A DNA stretch of 64,000 bases, from the NCBI GenBank assembly GCA_964016885.1, contig OZ024742.1, positions 374,976,001-375,040,000 on the forward strand, written 5' to 3'. The notes beneath the pieces were generated by a model. The model was not told where the DNA came from. It ran no database searches and saw only the letters and a program-made list of their open reading frames with translations. The DNA is from Eledone cirrhosa (lineage: Eukaryota). Below are positions 41,450-55,500 of this stretch, piece after piece. Numbering within the stretch: the first letter of the stretch is position 1; every line of letters starts with the position of its first letter. A program made the position numbers and the translations under genes.

Positions 41450-44400
41450 ACAGTGTATGGTGACTTTACAGTGTGGTAGGGGTATTGACAGTGTATGGTG
41501 ACCCTACAGGGTGGTAGGGGTATTGACAATGTCTGGTTACATTACAGGGTGGTAGGCGTATTGACAGTGTATCGTGACCTTACAGGGTGGTAGGGGTATT
41601 GACAGTGTATCGTGAACTTACAAGGTGGTAGGGGTATTGACAGTGCATCGTGAATTGACAGGGTGGTAGGGGTATTGACAGTGCATCGTGACCTTACAGG
41701 TTGGTATGGGTATTGACAATGTATGGTGACCCTACAGGGTGGTAGAGTATTGACAGTGTCTGGTGACCCTACAGGGCGGTAGGGGCATTGACGATGTATG
41801 GTGACCCTACAGGGTGGTAGGGGCATTGACAGTGTATGGTAACCCTACAGGGTGGTAGGGGTATTGACAGTGTATGGTGACCCTACAGGGTGGTAGGGGC
41901 ATTGACAGTGTATGGTGACCCTACAGGGTGGTAGGCGTATTGACAGTGTATGGTGAACTTACAGGGTGGTAGGGGTATTGACAGTGTCTGGTGACCTTAC
42001 AGGGCGGTAAGGGCATTGACAGTGTATGGTGACGTTACAGCGTGTTAGGGTTATTGACAGTGTCTGGTGACCCTACAGGGTGGTAGGGTTATTGACAGTG
42101 TATGGTGACCCTACAGGGTGGTAGGGGTATTGACAGTGTCTGGTGACACTACAGGGTGGTAGGTTTATTGACAGTGTATGGTGACCCTACAGGGTGGTAG
42201 GTGTATTGACAGTGTCTGTTGACCCTACAGGGTGGTAAAGGTAATGACAGTGTCTTGTGACCCTATAGTGTGGTAGGGGCATTGACAGTGTCTGGTGACA
42301 CTACAGGGTGGTAGGGGTATTGACAGCGTATGGTGACCCTTCAGGGTAGTAGGGGTATTGACAGTGTCTGGTGACCTTACAGGGTGGTAGGGGCATTGAC
42401 AATGTCTGTTGACCTTACAGGGTGGTAGGGGTCTTGACAGTGTATGGTGACATTACAGGGTGGTAGGTGTATTGACAGTGTATGGTGACCTTACAGGGTG
42501 GTAGGGGTATTGACAGTGTCTGGTGACCCTACAGGGTGGTAGGTTTATTGACAGTGTATGGTGACCCTACAGGGTGGTAGGTGTATTGACAGTGTCTGTT
42601 GACCCTACAGGGTGGTAAAGGTAATGACAGTGTCTTGTGACCCTATAGTGTGGTAGGGGCATTGACAGTGTCTGGTGACACTACAGGGTGGTAGGGGTAT
42701 TGACAGTGTATGGTGACCATTCAGGGTAGTAGGGGTATTGACAGTGTCTGGTGACCTTACAGGGTGGTAGGGGCATTGACAATGTCTGTTGACCTTACAG
42801 GGTGGTAGGGGTCTTGACAGTGTATGGTGACATTACAGGGTGGTAGGTGTATTGACAGTGTATGGTGACCTTACAGGGTGGTAGGGGTATTGACAGTGTC
42901 TGGTGACCCTACAGGGTGGTAGGTTTATTGATAGTGTATGGTGACCCTACAGGGTGGTAGGTGTATTGACAGTGTCTGTTGACGCTACAGGGTGGTAAAG
43001 GTAATGACAGTGTCTTGTGACCCTATAGTGTGGTAGGGGCATTGACAGTGTCTGGTGACACTACAGGGTGGTAGGGGTATTGACAGTGTATGGTGACCCT
43101 TCAGGGTAGTAGGGGTATTGACAGTGTCTGGTGACCTTACAGGGTGGTAGGGGCATTGACAATGTCTGTTGACCTTACAGGGTGGTAGGGGTCTTGACAG
43201 TGTATGGTGACATTACAGGGTGGTAGGTGTATTGACAGTGTATGGTGATCTTATAGGGTGGTAGTGGTATTGACATTGTATGGTGACCCTACAGTGTGGT
43301 AGGGTTATTGACAATGTATGGTGACCCTACAGGGTGGTAGGGGCATTGACAGTGTATGGTGACCATACAGGGTGGTAGGGGCATTGACAGTGTATGGTGA
43401 CCTTACAGGGTGGTAGGGGTATTGACAGTGTATGGTGACCCTACAGGGTGGTAGGGTCATTGACAGTGTATGGTGACACTATAGGGTGGTAGGGGCATTG
43501 ACAGTGTGTGGTGAACCTACAGGGTGGTATGGGCATTGACAGTGTCTGGTGACCCTACAGGGTGGTAGGGGTATTGACAGTGTTGGTGACCCTATAGTGT
43601 GGTAGGAGTATTGACAGTGTATGGTGACCTTACAGTGTGGTAGGGGTATTGACAGTGTATGGTGACCCTACAGGGTGGTAGGGGTATTGACAGTGTCTGG
43701 TTACATTACAGGGTGGTAGGGGTATTGACAGTGTATGGTGATCCTACAGGGTGGTAGAGTATTGACAGTGTCTGGTGACCCTACAGGGCGGTAGGGGCAT
43801 TGACAGTGTATGTTTACCTTACAGGGTGGTAGGGGTATTGGCAGTGTATGGTGACCCTACAGGGTGATAGGGGCATTGACAGTGTATGGTAACCCTACAG
43901 GGTGGTAGGGGCATTGACAGTGTATGGTGACCCTACAGGGTGGTAGGCGTATTGACAGTGTATGGTGAACTTACAGGGTGGTAGGGGTATTGACAGTGTA
44001 TGCTGACCCTACAGGGTGGTAGGCGTATTGACAGTGTATGGTGAACTTACAGGGTTGTAGGGGTATTGACAGTGTCTGGTGACCTTACAGGGTGGTAGGG
44101 GCATTGACAGTGTATGGTGACATTACAGGGTGGTAGGGGTATTGACAGTGTCTGGTGAACCTACAGGGCGGTAGGGGTATTGACAGTGTAGGGTGACCCT
44201 ACAGTGTGGTAGGGGTATTGACAGTGTATGGTGACCCTACAGGGTGGTAGTGGTATTGACAGTGTCCGGTGACATTACAGGGTGGTAGGGGTATTGACAG
44301 TGTATCGTGACCTTACAGGGTGGTAGGAGCATTGACAGTGTATGGTGACCTTACAGTGTGGTAGGGGTATTGACAGTGTATGGTGACCCTACAGGGTGGT

Positions 44401-47400
44401 AGGGGTATTGACAATGTCTGGTTACATTACAGGGTGGTAGGCGTATTGACAGTGTATCGTGACCTTACAGGGTGGTAGGGGTATTGACAGTGTATCGTGA
44501 ACTTACAAGGTGGTAGGGGTATTGACAGTGCATCGTGAATTTACAGGGTGGTAGGGGTATTGACAGTGCATCGTGACCTTACAGGTTGGTATGGGTATTG
44601 ACAGTGTATGGTGACCCTACAGGGTGGTAGAGTATTGACAGTGTCTGGTGACCCTACAGGGCGGTAGGGGCATTGACGATGTATGGTGACCCTACAGGGT
44701 GGTAGGGGCATTGACAGTGTATGGTAACCCTACAGGGTGGTAGGGGTATTGACAGTGTATGGTGACCCTACAGGGTGGTAGGGGCATTGACAGTGTATGG
44801 TGACCCTACAGGGTGGTAGGCGTATTGACAGTGTATGGTGAACTTACAGGGTGGTAGGGGTATTGACAGTGTCTGGTGACCTTACAGGGCGGTAAGGGCA
44901 TTGACAGTGTATGGTGACGTTACAGCGTGTTAGGGTTATTGACAGTGTCTGGTGACCCTACAGGGTGGTAGGGTTATTGACAGTGTATGGTGACCCTACA
45001 GGGTGGTAGGGGTATTGACAGTGTCTGGTGACACTACAGGGTGGTAGGTTTATTGACAGTGTATGGTGACCCTACAGGGTGGTAGGTGTATTGACAGTGT
45101 CTGTTGACCCTACAGGGTGGTAAAGGTAATGACAGTGTCTTGTGACCCTATAGTGTGGTAGGGGCATTGACAGTGTCTGGTGACACTACAGGGTGGTAGG
45201 GGTATTGACAGCGTATGGTGACCCTTCAGGGTAGTAGGGGTATTGACAGTGTCTGGTGACCTTACAGGGTGGTAGGGGCATTGACAATGTCTGTTGACCT
45301 TACAGGGTGGTAGGGGTCTTGACAGTGTATGGTGACATTACAGGGTGGTAGGTGTATTGACAGTGTATGGTGACCTTACAGGGTGGTAGGGGTATTGACA
45401 GTGTCTGGTGACCCTACAGGGTGGTAGGTTTATTGATAGTGTATGGTGACCCTACACGGTGGTAGGTGTATTGACAGTGTCTGTTGACGCTACAGGGTGG
45501 TAAAGGTAATGACAGTGTCTTGTGACCCTATAGTGTGGTAGGGGCATTGACAGTGTCTGGTGACACTACAGGGTGGTAGGGGTATTGACAGTGTATGGTG
45601 ACCCTTCAGGGTAGTAGGGGTATTGACAGTGTCTGGTGACCTTACAGGGTGGTAGGGGCATTGACAATGTCTGTTGACCTTACAGGGTGGTAGGGGTCTT
45701 GACAGTGTATGGTGACATTACAGGGTGGTAGGTGTATTGACAGTGTATGGTGATCTTATAGGGTGGTAGTGGTATTGACATTGTATGGTGACCCTACAGT
45801 GTGGTAGGGTTATTGACAATGTATGGTGACCCTACAGGGTGGTAGGGGCATTGACAGTGTATGGTGACCATACAGGGTGGTAGGGGCATTGACAGTGTAT
45901 GGTGACCTTACAGGGTGGTAGGGGTATTGACAGTGTATGGTGACCCTACAGGGTGGTAGGGTCATTGACAGTGTATGGTGACACTATAGGGTGGTAGGGG
46001 CATTGACAGTGTGTGGTGAACCTACAGGGTGGTATGGGCATTGACAGTGTCTGGTGACCCTACAGGGTGGTAGGGGTATTGACAGTGTTGGTGACCCTAT
46101 AGTGTGGTAGGAGTATTGACAGTGTATGGTGACCTTACAGTGTGGTAGGGGTATTGACAGTGTATGGTGACCCTACAGGGTGGTAGGGGTATTGACAGTG
46201 TCTGGTTACATTACAGGGTGGTAGGCGTATTGACAGTGTATCGTGACCTTACAGGGTGGTAGGGGTATTGGCAGTGTATCGTGACCTTACAGGTTGGTAG
46301 GGGTATTGACAGTGTATGGTGATCCTACAGGGTGGTAGAGTATTGACAGTGTCTGGTGACCCTACAGGGCGGTAGGGGCATTGACAGTGTATGTTTACCT
46401 TACAGGGTGGTAGGGGTATTGGCAGTGTATGGTGACCCTACAGGGTGATAGGGGCATTGACAGTGTATGGTAACCCTACAGGGTGGTAGGGGTATTGACA
46501 GTGTATGGTGACCCTACAGGGTGGTAGGGGCATTGACAGTGTATGGTGACCCTACAGGGTGGTAGGCGTATTGACAGTGTATGGTGAACTTACAGGGTGG
46601 TAGGGGTATTGACAGTGTATGCTGACCCTACAGGGTGGTAGGCGTATTGACAGTGTATGGTGAACTTACAGGGTTGTAGGGGTATTGACAGTGTCTGGTG
46701 ACCTTACAGGGTGGTAGGGGCATTGACAGTGTATGGTGACATTACAGGGTGGTAGGGGTATTGACAGTGTCTGGTGAACCTACAGGGCGGTAGGGGTATT
46801 GACAGTGTAGGGTGACCCTACAGTGTGGTAGGGGTATTGACAGTGTATGGTGACCCTACAGGGTGGTAGTGGTATTGACAGTGTCCGGTGACATTACAGG
46901 GTGGTAGGGGTATTGACAGTGTATCGTGACCTTACAGGGTGGTAGGAGCATTGACAGTGTATGGTGACCTTACAGTGTGGTAGGGGTATTGACAGTGTAT
47001 GGTGACCCTACAGGGTGGTAGGGGTATTGACAATGTCTGGTTACATTACAGGGTGGTAGGCGTATTGACAGTGTATCGTGACCTTACAGGGTGGTAGGGG
47101 TATTGACAGTGTATCGTGAACTTACAAGGTGGTAGGGGTATTGACAGTGCATCGTGAATTTACAGGGTGGTAGGGGTATTGACAGTGCATCGTGACCTTA
47201 CAGGTTGGTATGGGTATTGACAGTGTATGGTGACCCTACAGGGTGGTAGAGTATTGACAGTGTCTGGTGACCCTACATGGCGGTAGGGGCATTGACGATG
47301 TATGGTGACCCTACAGGGTGGTAGGGGCATTGACAGTGTATGGTAACCCTACAGGGTGGTAGGGGTATTGACAGTGTATGGTGACCCTACAGGGTGGTAG

Positions 47401-49580
47401 GGGCATTGACAGTGTATGGTGACCCTACAGGGTGGTAGGCGTATTGACAGTGTATGGTGAACTTACAGGGTGGTAGGGGTATTGACAGTGTCTGGTGACC
47501 TTACAGGGCGGTAAGGGCATTGACAGTGTATGGTGACGTTACAGCGTGTTAGGGTTATTGACAGTGTCTGGTGACCCTACAGGGTGGTAGGGTTATTGAC
47601 AGTGTATGGTGACCCTACAGGGTGGTAGGGGTATTGACAGTGTCTGGTGACACTACAGGGTGGTAGGTTTATTGACAGTGTATGGTGACCCTACAGGGTG
47701 GTAGGTGTATTGACAGTGTCTGTTGACCCTACAGGGTGGTAAAGGTAATGACAGTGTCTTGTGACCCTATAGTGTGGTAGGGGCATTGACAGTGTCTGGT
47801 GACACTACAGGGTGGTAGGGGTATTGACAGCGTATGGTGACCCTTCAGGGTAGTAGGGGTATTGACAGTGTCTGGTGACCTTACAGGGTGGTAGGGGCAT
47901 TGACAATGTCTGTTGACCTTACAGGGTGGTAGGGGTCTTGACAGTGTATGGTGACATTACAGGGTGGTAGGTGTATTGACAGTGTATGGTGACCTTACAG
48001 GGTGGTAGGGGTATTGACAGTGTCTGGTGACCCTACAGGGTGGTAGGTTTATTGATAGTGTATGGTGACCCTACAGGGTGGTAGGTGTATTGACAGTGTC
48101 TGTTGACGCTACAGGGTGGTAAAGGTAATGACAGTGTCTTGTGACCCTATAGTGTGGTTGGGGCATTGACAGTGTCTGGTGACACTACAGGGTGGTAGGG
48201 GTATTGACAGTGTATGGTGACCCTTCAGGGTAGTAGGGGTATTGACAGTGTCTGGTGACCTTACAGGGTGGTAGGGGCATTGACAATGTCTGTTGACCTT
48301 ACAGGGTGGTAGGGGTCTTGACAGTGTATGGTGACATTACAGGGTGGTAGGTGTATTGACAGTGTATGGTGATCTTATAGGGTGGTAGTGGTATTGACAT
48401 TGTATGGTGACCCTACAGTGTGGTAGGGTTATTGACAATGTATGGTGACCCTACAGGGTGGTAGGGGCATTGACAGTGTATGGTGACCATACAGGGTGGT
48501 AGGGGCATTGACAGTGTATGGTGACCTTACAGGGTGGTAGGGGTATTGACAGTGTATGGTGACCCTACAGGGTGGTAGGGTCATTGACAGTGTATGGTGA
48601 CACTATAGGGTGGTAGGGGCATTGACAGTGTGTGGTGAACCTACAGGGTGGTATGGGCATTGACAGTGTCTGGTGACCCTACAGGGTGGTAGGGGTATTG
48701 ACTGTGTTGGTGACCCTATAGTGTGGTAGGAGTATTGACAGTGTATGGTGACCTTACAGTGTGGTAGGGGTATTGACAGTGTATGGTGACCCTACAGGGT
48801 GGTAGGGGTATTGACAGTGTCTGGTTACATTACAGGGTGGTAGGCGTATTGACAGTGTATCGTGACTTTACAGGGTGGTAGGGGTATTGGCAGTGTATCG
48901 TGACCTTACAGGTTGGTAGGGGTATTGACAGTGTATGGTGATCCTACAGGGTGGTAGAGTATTGACAGTGTCTGGTGACCCTACAGGGCGGTAGGGGCAT
49001 TGACAGTGTATGTTTACCTTACAGGGTGGTAGGGGTATTGGCAGTGTATGGTGACCCTACAGGGTGATAGGGGCATTGACAGTGTATGGTAACCCTACAG
49101 GGTGGTAGGGGTATTGACAGTGTATGGTGACCCTACAGGGTGGTAGGGGCATTGACAGTGTATGGTGACCCTACAGGGTGGTAGACGTATTGACAGTGTA
49201 TGGTGAACTTACAGGGTGGTAGGGGTATTGACAGTGTATGCTGACCCTACAGGGTGGTAGGCGTATTGACAGTGTATGGTGAACTTACAGGGTTGTAGGG
49301 GTATTGACAGTGTCTGGTGACCTTACAGGGTGGTAGGGGCATTGACAGTGTATGGTGACATTACAGGGTGGTAGGGGTATTGACAGTGTCTGGTGAACCT
49401 ACAGGGCGGTAGGGGTATTGACAGTGTAGGGTGACCCTACAGTGTGGTAGGGGTATTGACAGTGTATGGTGACCCTACAGGGTGGTAGTGGTATTGACAG
49501 TGTCCGGTGACATTACAGGGTGGTAGGGGTATTGACAGTGTATCGTGACCTTACAGGGTGGTAGGAGCATTGACAGTGTA
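41450..49580 (+). repeat. Three tandem copies of a ~69-monomer (2619 bp) higher-order unit; the first copy has 76 monomers (2885 bp); contains a nested 380-bp 10-mer repeat
   Basis: ACGATGTATGG at 41791/44676/47295. GTGTCCGGTGA at 44266/46885/49504. TAAAGGTAATG at 42236/42616/42996, 45121/45501 and 47740/48120. Confidence 0.95.
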
Positions 49581-52500
49581 TGGTGACATTACAGGGTGGT
49601 AGGGGTATTGACAGTGTATCGTGACCTTACAGGTCGGTAGGGGTATTGACAGTGTATGGTGACCCTACAGGGTGGTAGAGTATTGACAGTGTCTGGTGAC
49701 CCTACAGGGCGGTAGGGGCATTGACAGTGTATGGTTACCTTACAGGGTGGTAGGGGTATTGACAGTATATGGTGACCCTACAGGGTGGTAGGGGTATTGA
49801 CAGTATATGGTGACCCTACAGGGTGATAGGGGTATTGACAGTGTATGGTGACCCTACAGGGTGGTAGTGGCATTGACAGTGTATGGTGACCCTACAGGGT
49901 GGTAGGGGCATTGACAGTGTATGGTGAACCTACAGGGTGGTAGGGGTGTTGACAGTGTATGGTGACCTAACAAGGTGGTAGGGGCATTGACAGTGTATGG
50001 TGACCTTACAGGGTGGTAGGCGTATTGACAGTGTATGGTGAACTTACAGGGTGGTAGGGGTATTGACAGTGTCTGGTGAACTTACATGGTGGTAGGGGCA
50101 TTGACAGTGTACGGTGACATTACAGGGTGGTAGGGGCATTGACAGTATCTGGTGACCTTACAGGGTGGTAGGGGAATTGACAGTGTCTGGTGACCTTACA
50201 GGGTGGTAGGGGTATTGACAGTGTATGGTGACCCTACGGGGTAGTAGGTGTATTGACAGGGTCTGGTGACGCTACAGGGTGGTAGGAGCATTGACAGTGT
50301 ATGGTGACCTTACAGGGTGGTAGGAGCATTGACAGTGTATGGTGACCTTACAGGGTGGTAGGGGCATTGACAGTGTCTGGTGACCTTACAGGGTTGTAGG
50401 GGTATTGACAGTGTCTGATGACCTTACAGCGTGGTAGGGGTATTGACAGTGTCTGGTGACCCTACAGGGTGGTAGGGTTATTGACAGTGTATGGTGACCC
50501 TACAGGGTGGTAGGGGTATTGACAGTGTCTGGTGACCCTACAGGGTGGTAGAGGTATTGACAGTGTATGGTGACCCTACAGGGTGGTAGGGGTATTGACA
50601 GTGTCTTTTGAACCTACAGGGTGGTAAAGGTATTGACAGTGTCTTGTGACCCTATAGTGTGGTAGGGGCATTGACAGTGTCTGGTGACCCTACAGGGTGG
50701 TAGGGGTATTGACAGTGTATAGTGACCCTACATGGTAGTAGGGGTATTGACAGTGTCTGGTGAACTTACAGGGTGGTAGGGTTATTGACAGTGTATGGTG
50801 ACCTTACAGGGTGGTAGGAGTATTGACAGTGTATGGTGAGCTTACAGGGTGGTAGGGGCATTGACAGTGTATCGTGAACTTACAGGGTGGTAGGGGTATT
50901 GACAGTGTATCGTGACCTTACAGGGTGGTAGGGGTATTGACAGTGTATCGTGACCTTACAGGTTGGTAGGGGTATTGACAGTGTATGGTGACCCTATAGG
51001 GTGGTAGAGTATTGACAGTGTCTGGTGACCCTACAGGGCGGTAGGGGTATTGACAGTGTTTGGTGACCCTACAGGGCGGTAGGGGTATTGACAGTGTCTG
51101 GTGACGCTACAGGGCGGTAGGGGTATTGACAGTGTATGGTGACCCTACAGGGCGGTAGGGGCATTGACGGTGTATGTTTACCTTACAGGGTGGTAGGGGT
51201 ATTGACACTATATGCTGACCCTACAGGGTGGTAGGGGTATTGACAGTGTATGGTGACCCTACAGGGTGAGAGAGGCATTGACAGTGTATGGTGACCCTAC
51301 AGGGTGGTAGGGGCATTGACAGTGTATGGTAACCCTACAGGGTGGTAGGGGCATTGACAGTGTATGGTGAACCTACAGGGTGGTAGGCGTATTGACAGTG
51401 TATGGTGAACTTACAGGGTGGTAGGGGTATTGACAGTGTATCGTGACCTTACAGGGTTGTAGGGGTATTGACAGTGTATCGTGACCTTACAGGGTGGTAG
51501 GGGTATTGACAGTGTCTGATGACCTTTCAGGGTGGTAGGGGTATTGACAGTGTATCGTGACCTTACAGGCTGGTAGGGGTATTGACAGTGTATGGTGACC
51601 CTACAGGGTGGTAGAGTATTGACAGTGTATGGTGACCCTACAGGGTGATAGGGGCATTGACAGTGTATGGTGACCCTACAGGGTGGTAGGGGCATTGACA
51701 GTGTATGGTGACCCTACAGGGTGGTAGGGGCATTGACAGTGTATGGTGACCCTACAGGGTGGTAGGGGCATTGACAGTGTATGGTGAACCTACAGGGTGG
51801 TAGGGGTATTGACAGTGTATGGTGACCTAACAGGGTGGTAGTGGCATTCACAGTGTATGGTGACCTTACAGGGTGGTAGGCGTATTGACAGTGTATGGTG
51901 AACTTACAGGGTGGTAGGGGTATTGACAGTGTCTGGTGACCTTAAAGGGTGGTAGGGGCATTGACAGTGTACGGTGACATTACAGGGTGGTAGGGGCATT
52001 GACAGTGTCTGGTGACCTTACAGGGTGGTAGGGGAATTGACAGTGTCTGGTGACCTTACAGGGTGGTAGGGGTATTGACAGTGTATGGTGACCCTACGGG
52101 GTAGTAGGGGTATTGACAGTGTCTGGTGACGCTACAGGGTGGTAGGAGCATTGACAGTGTCTGGTGACGCTACAGGGTGGTAGGAGCATTGACAGTGTAT
52201 GGTGACCTTACAGGGTGGTAGGGGCATTGACAGTGTCTGGTGACCTTACAGGGTTGTAGGGGTATTGACAGTGTCTGATGACCTTACAGCGTGGTAGGGG
52301 TATTGACAGTGTCTGGTGACCTTACAGGGTGGTAGGGGCATTGACAGTGTCTGGTGACCCTACAGGGTGGTAGGATTATTGACAGTGTATGGTGACCCTA
52401 CAGGATGGTAGAGGTATTGACAGTGTATGGTGACCCTACAGGGTGGTAGGGGTATTGACAGTGTCTTTTGAACCTACAGGGTCGTAAAGGAATTGACAGT

Positions 52501-55500
52501 GTCTTGTGACCCTATAGTGTGGTAGGGGCATTGACAGTGTCTGGTGACCCTACAGGGTGGTAGGGGTATTGACAGTGTATAGTGACCCTACATGGTAGTA
52601 GGGGTATTGACAGTGTCTGGTGACCTTACAGGGTGGTAGGGTTATTGACAGTGTCTGTTTACCTTACAGGGTGGTAGGAGTATTGACAGTGTATGGTGAG
52701 CTTACAGGGTGGTAGGGGCATTGACAGTGTATCGTCAACTTACAGGGTGGTAGGGGTATTGACAGTGTATCGTGACCTTACAGGTTGGTAGGGGTATTGA
52801 CAGTGTATGGTGACCCTATAGGGTGGTAGAGTATTGACAGTGTCTGGTGACCCTACAGGGCGGTAGGGGTATTGACAGTGTCTGGTGACCCTACAGGGCG
52901 GTAGGGGTATTGACAGTGTCTGGTGACCCTACAGGGCGGTAGGGGTATTGACAGTGTATGGTGACCCTACAGGGCGGTAGGGGCATTGACAGTGTATGGT
53001 GACCCTACAGGGTGGTAGGGGCATTGACAGTGTATGGTAACCCTACAGTGTGGTAGGGGTATTGACAGTGTATGGTGACCCTACAGGGTGGTAGGGGCAT
53101 TGACAGTGTATGGTGACCCTACAGGGTGGTAGGCGTATTGACAGTGTATGGTGACCTTACAGGGTTGTAGGGGTATTGACAGTGTATCGTGACCTTACAG
53201 GGTGGTAGGGGTATTGACAGTGTCTGATGACCTTACAGGGTGGTAGGGGTATTGACAGTGTATCGTGACCTTACAGGTTGGTAGGGGTATTGATAGTGTA
53301 TGGTGACCCTACAGGGTGGTAGGGGTATTGACAGTGTCTGGTGACCCTACAGGGCGGTAGGGGCATTGACAGTGTATGGTTATCTTACAGGGTTGTAGGG
53401 GTATTGACAGTATATAGTGACCCTACAGGGTGGTAGGAGCATTGACAGTGTATCGTGACCTTACAGGGTGGTAGGGGTATTGACAGTGTATCGTGACCTT
53501 ACAGGTCGGTAGGGGTATTGACAGTGTATGGTGACCCTACAGGGTGGTAGAGTATTGACAGTGTCTGGCGACCCTACAGGGCGGTAGGGGCATTGACAGT
53601 GTATGGTTACCTTACAGGGTGGTAGGGGTATTGACATTGTATGGTGACCCTACAGGGTGGTAGGTGTATTGACAGTGTATGGTGACCCTACAGGGTGGTA
53701 GGGGTATTGACATTGTATGGTGACCTTACAGGGTGGTAGGGGCATTGACAGTGTATGGTGACCCTACAGGGTGGTAGGGGCATTGACAGTGTATGGTGAA
53801 CCTACAGGGTGGTAGGGGTATTGACAGTGTATGGTGACCTAACAGGGTGGTAGGGGCATTGACAGTGTATGGTGACATTACAGGGTGGTAGGGGCATTGA
53901 CAGTGTCTGGTGACCTTACAGGGTGGTAGGGGAATTGACAGTGTCTGGTGACCTTACAGGGTGGTAGGGGTATTGACAGTGTATGGTGACCCTACAGGAT
54001 GGTAGAGGTATTGACAGTGTCTGGTGACGCTACAGGGTGGTAGGAGCATTGACAGTGTATGGTGACCTTACAGGGTGGTAGGGGCATTGACAGTGTCTGG
54101 TGACCTTACAGGGTTGTAGGGGTATTGACAGTGTCTGATGACCTTACAGCGTGGTAGGGATATTGACAGTGTCTGGTGACCCTACAGGGCGGTAGGGGCA
54201 TTGACAGTGTATTTTACCTTACAGGATGGTAGGGGTATTGACAGTATATGGTGACCCTACAGGGTGGTAGGGGTATTGACAGTGTATGGTGACCCTACAG
54301 GGTGGTAGGGGCATTGACAGTGTATGGTGACCCTACAGGGTGGTAGGCGTATTGACAGTGTATGGTGACCCTACAGGGTGGTAGGGGTATTGACAGTGTA
54401 TGGTGACCCTACATGGTAGTAGGGGTATTGACAGTGTCTGGTGACCTTACAGGGTGGTAGGGTTATTGACAGTGTCTGGTGACCTTACAGGGTGGTAGGA
54501 GTATTGACAGTGTATGGTGAGCTTACAGGGTGGTAGGGGCATTGACTGTGTATCGTGAACTTACAGGGTGGTAGGGGTATTGACAGTATATGGTGACCCT
54601 ACAGGTTGGTAGGTGTATTGACAGTGTATCGTGACCCTACAGGGTGATAGGGGCATTGACAGTGTATGGTGACCCTACAGGGTGGTAGAGTATTGACAGT
54701 GTCTGGTGACCCTACAGGGCGGTAGGGGCATTGACAGTGTATGTTTACTTTACAGGGTGGTAGGGGTATTGACAGTATATGGTGACCCTACAGGGTGGTA
54801 GCGGTATTGACAGTGTATGGTGACCCTACAGGGTGATAGGGGCATTGACAGTGTATGGTGACCCTACAGGGGGGTAGGGGCATTGACAGTGTATGGTAAC
54901 CCTACAGGGTGGTAGGGGTATTGACAGTGTATGGTGACCCTACAGGGTGGTAGGGGCATTGACAGTGTATGGTGACCCTACAAGGTGGTAGGCGTATTGA
55001 CAGTGTATGGTGAACTTACAGGGTGGTAGGGGTATTGACAGTGTCTGGTGACCTTACAGGGTGGTAGGGGCATTGACAGTGTATGGTGACATTACAGGGT
55101 GGTAGGGGTATTGACAGTGTCTGGTGACCCTACAGGGTGGTAGGGGCATTGACAGTGTCTGGTGACCTTACAGGGTGGTAGGGGAATTGACAGTGTCTGG
55201 TGACCTTACAGGGTGGTAGGGGTATTGACAGTGTATGGTGACCCTACGGGGTGGTAGGAGCATTGACAGTGTATGGTGACCTTACAGGGTGGTAGGGGCA
55301 TTGACAGTGTCTGGTGACCTTACAGGGTTGTAGGGTTATTGACAGTGTCTGTTGACCTTACAGGTTGGTAGGGGCATTGACACTGTCTGGTGACCTTACA
55401 GCGTGGTAGGCGTATTGACAGTGTCTGGTGACCCTACATGGTGGTAGGGGTATTGACAGTGTATGGTGACCTTACAGGTTGGTAGGGTCATTGACAGTGT

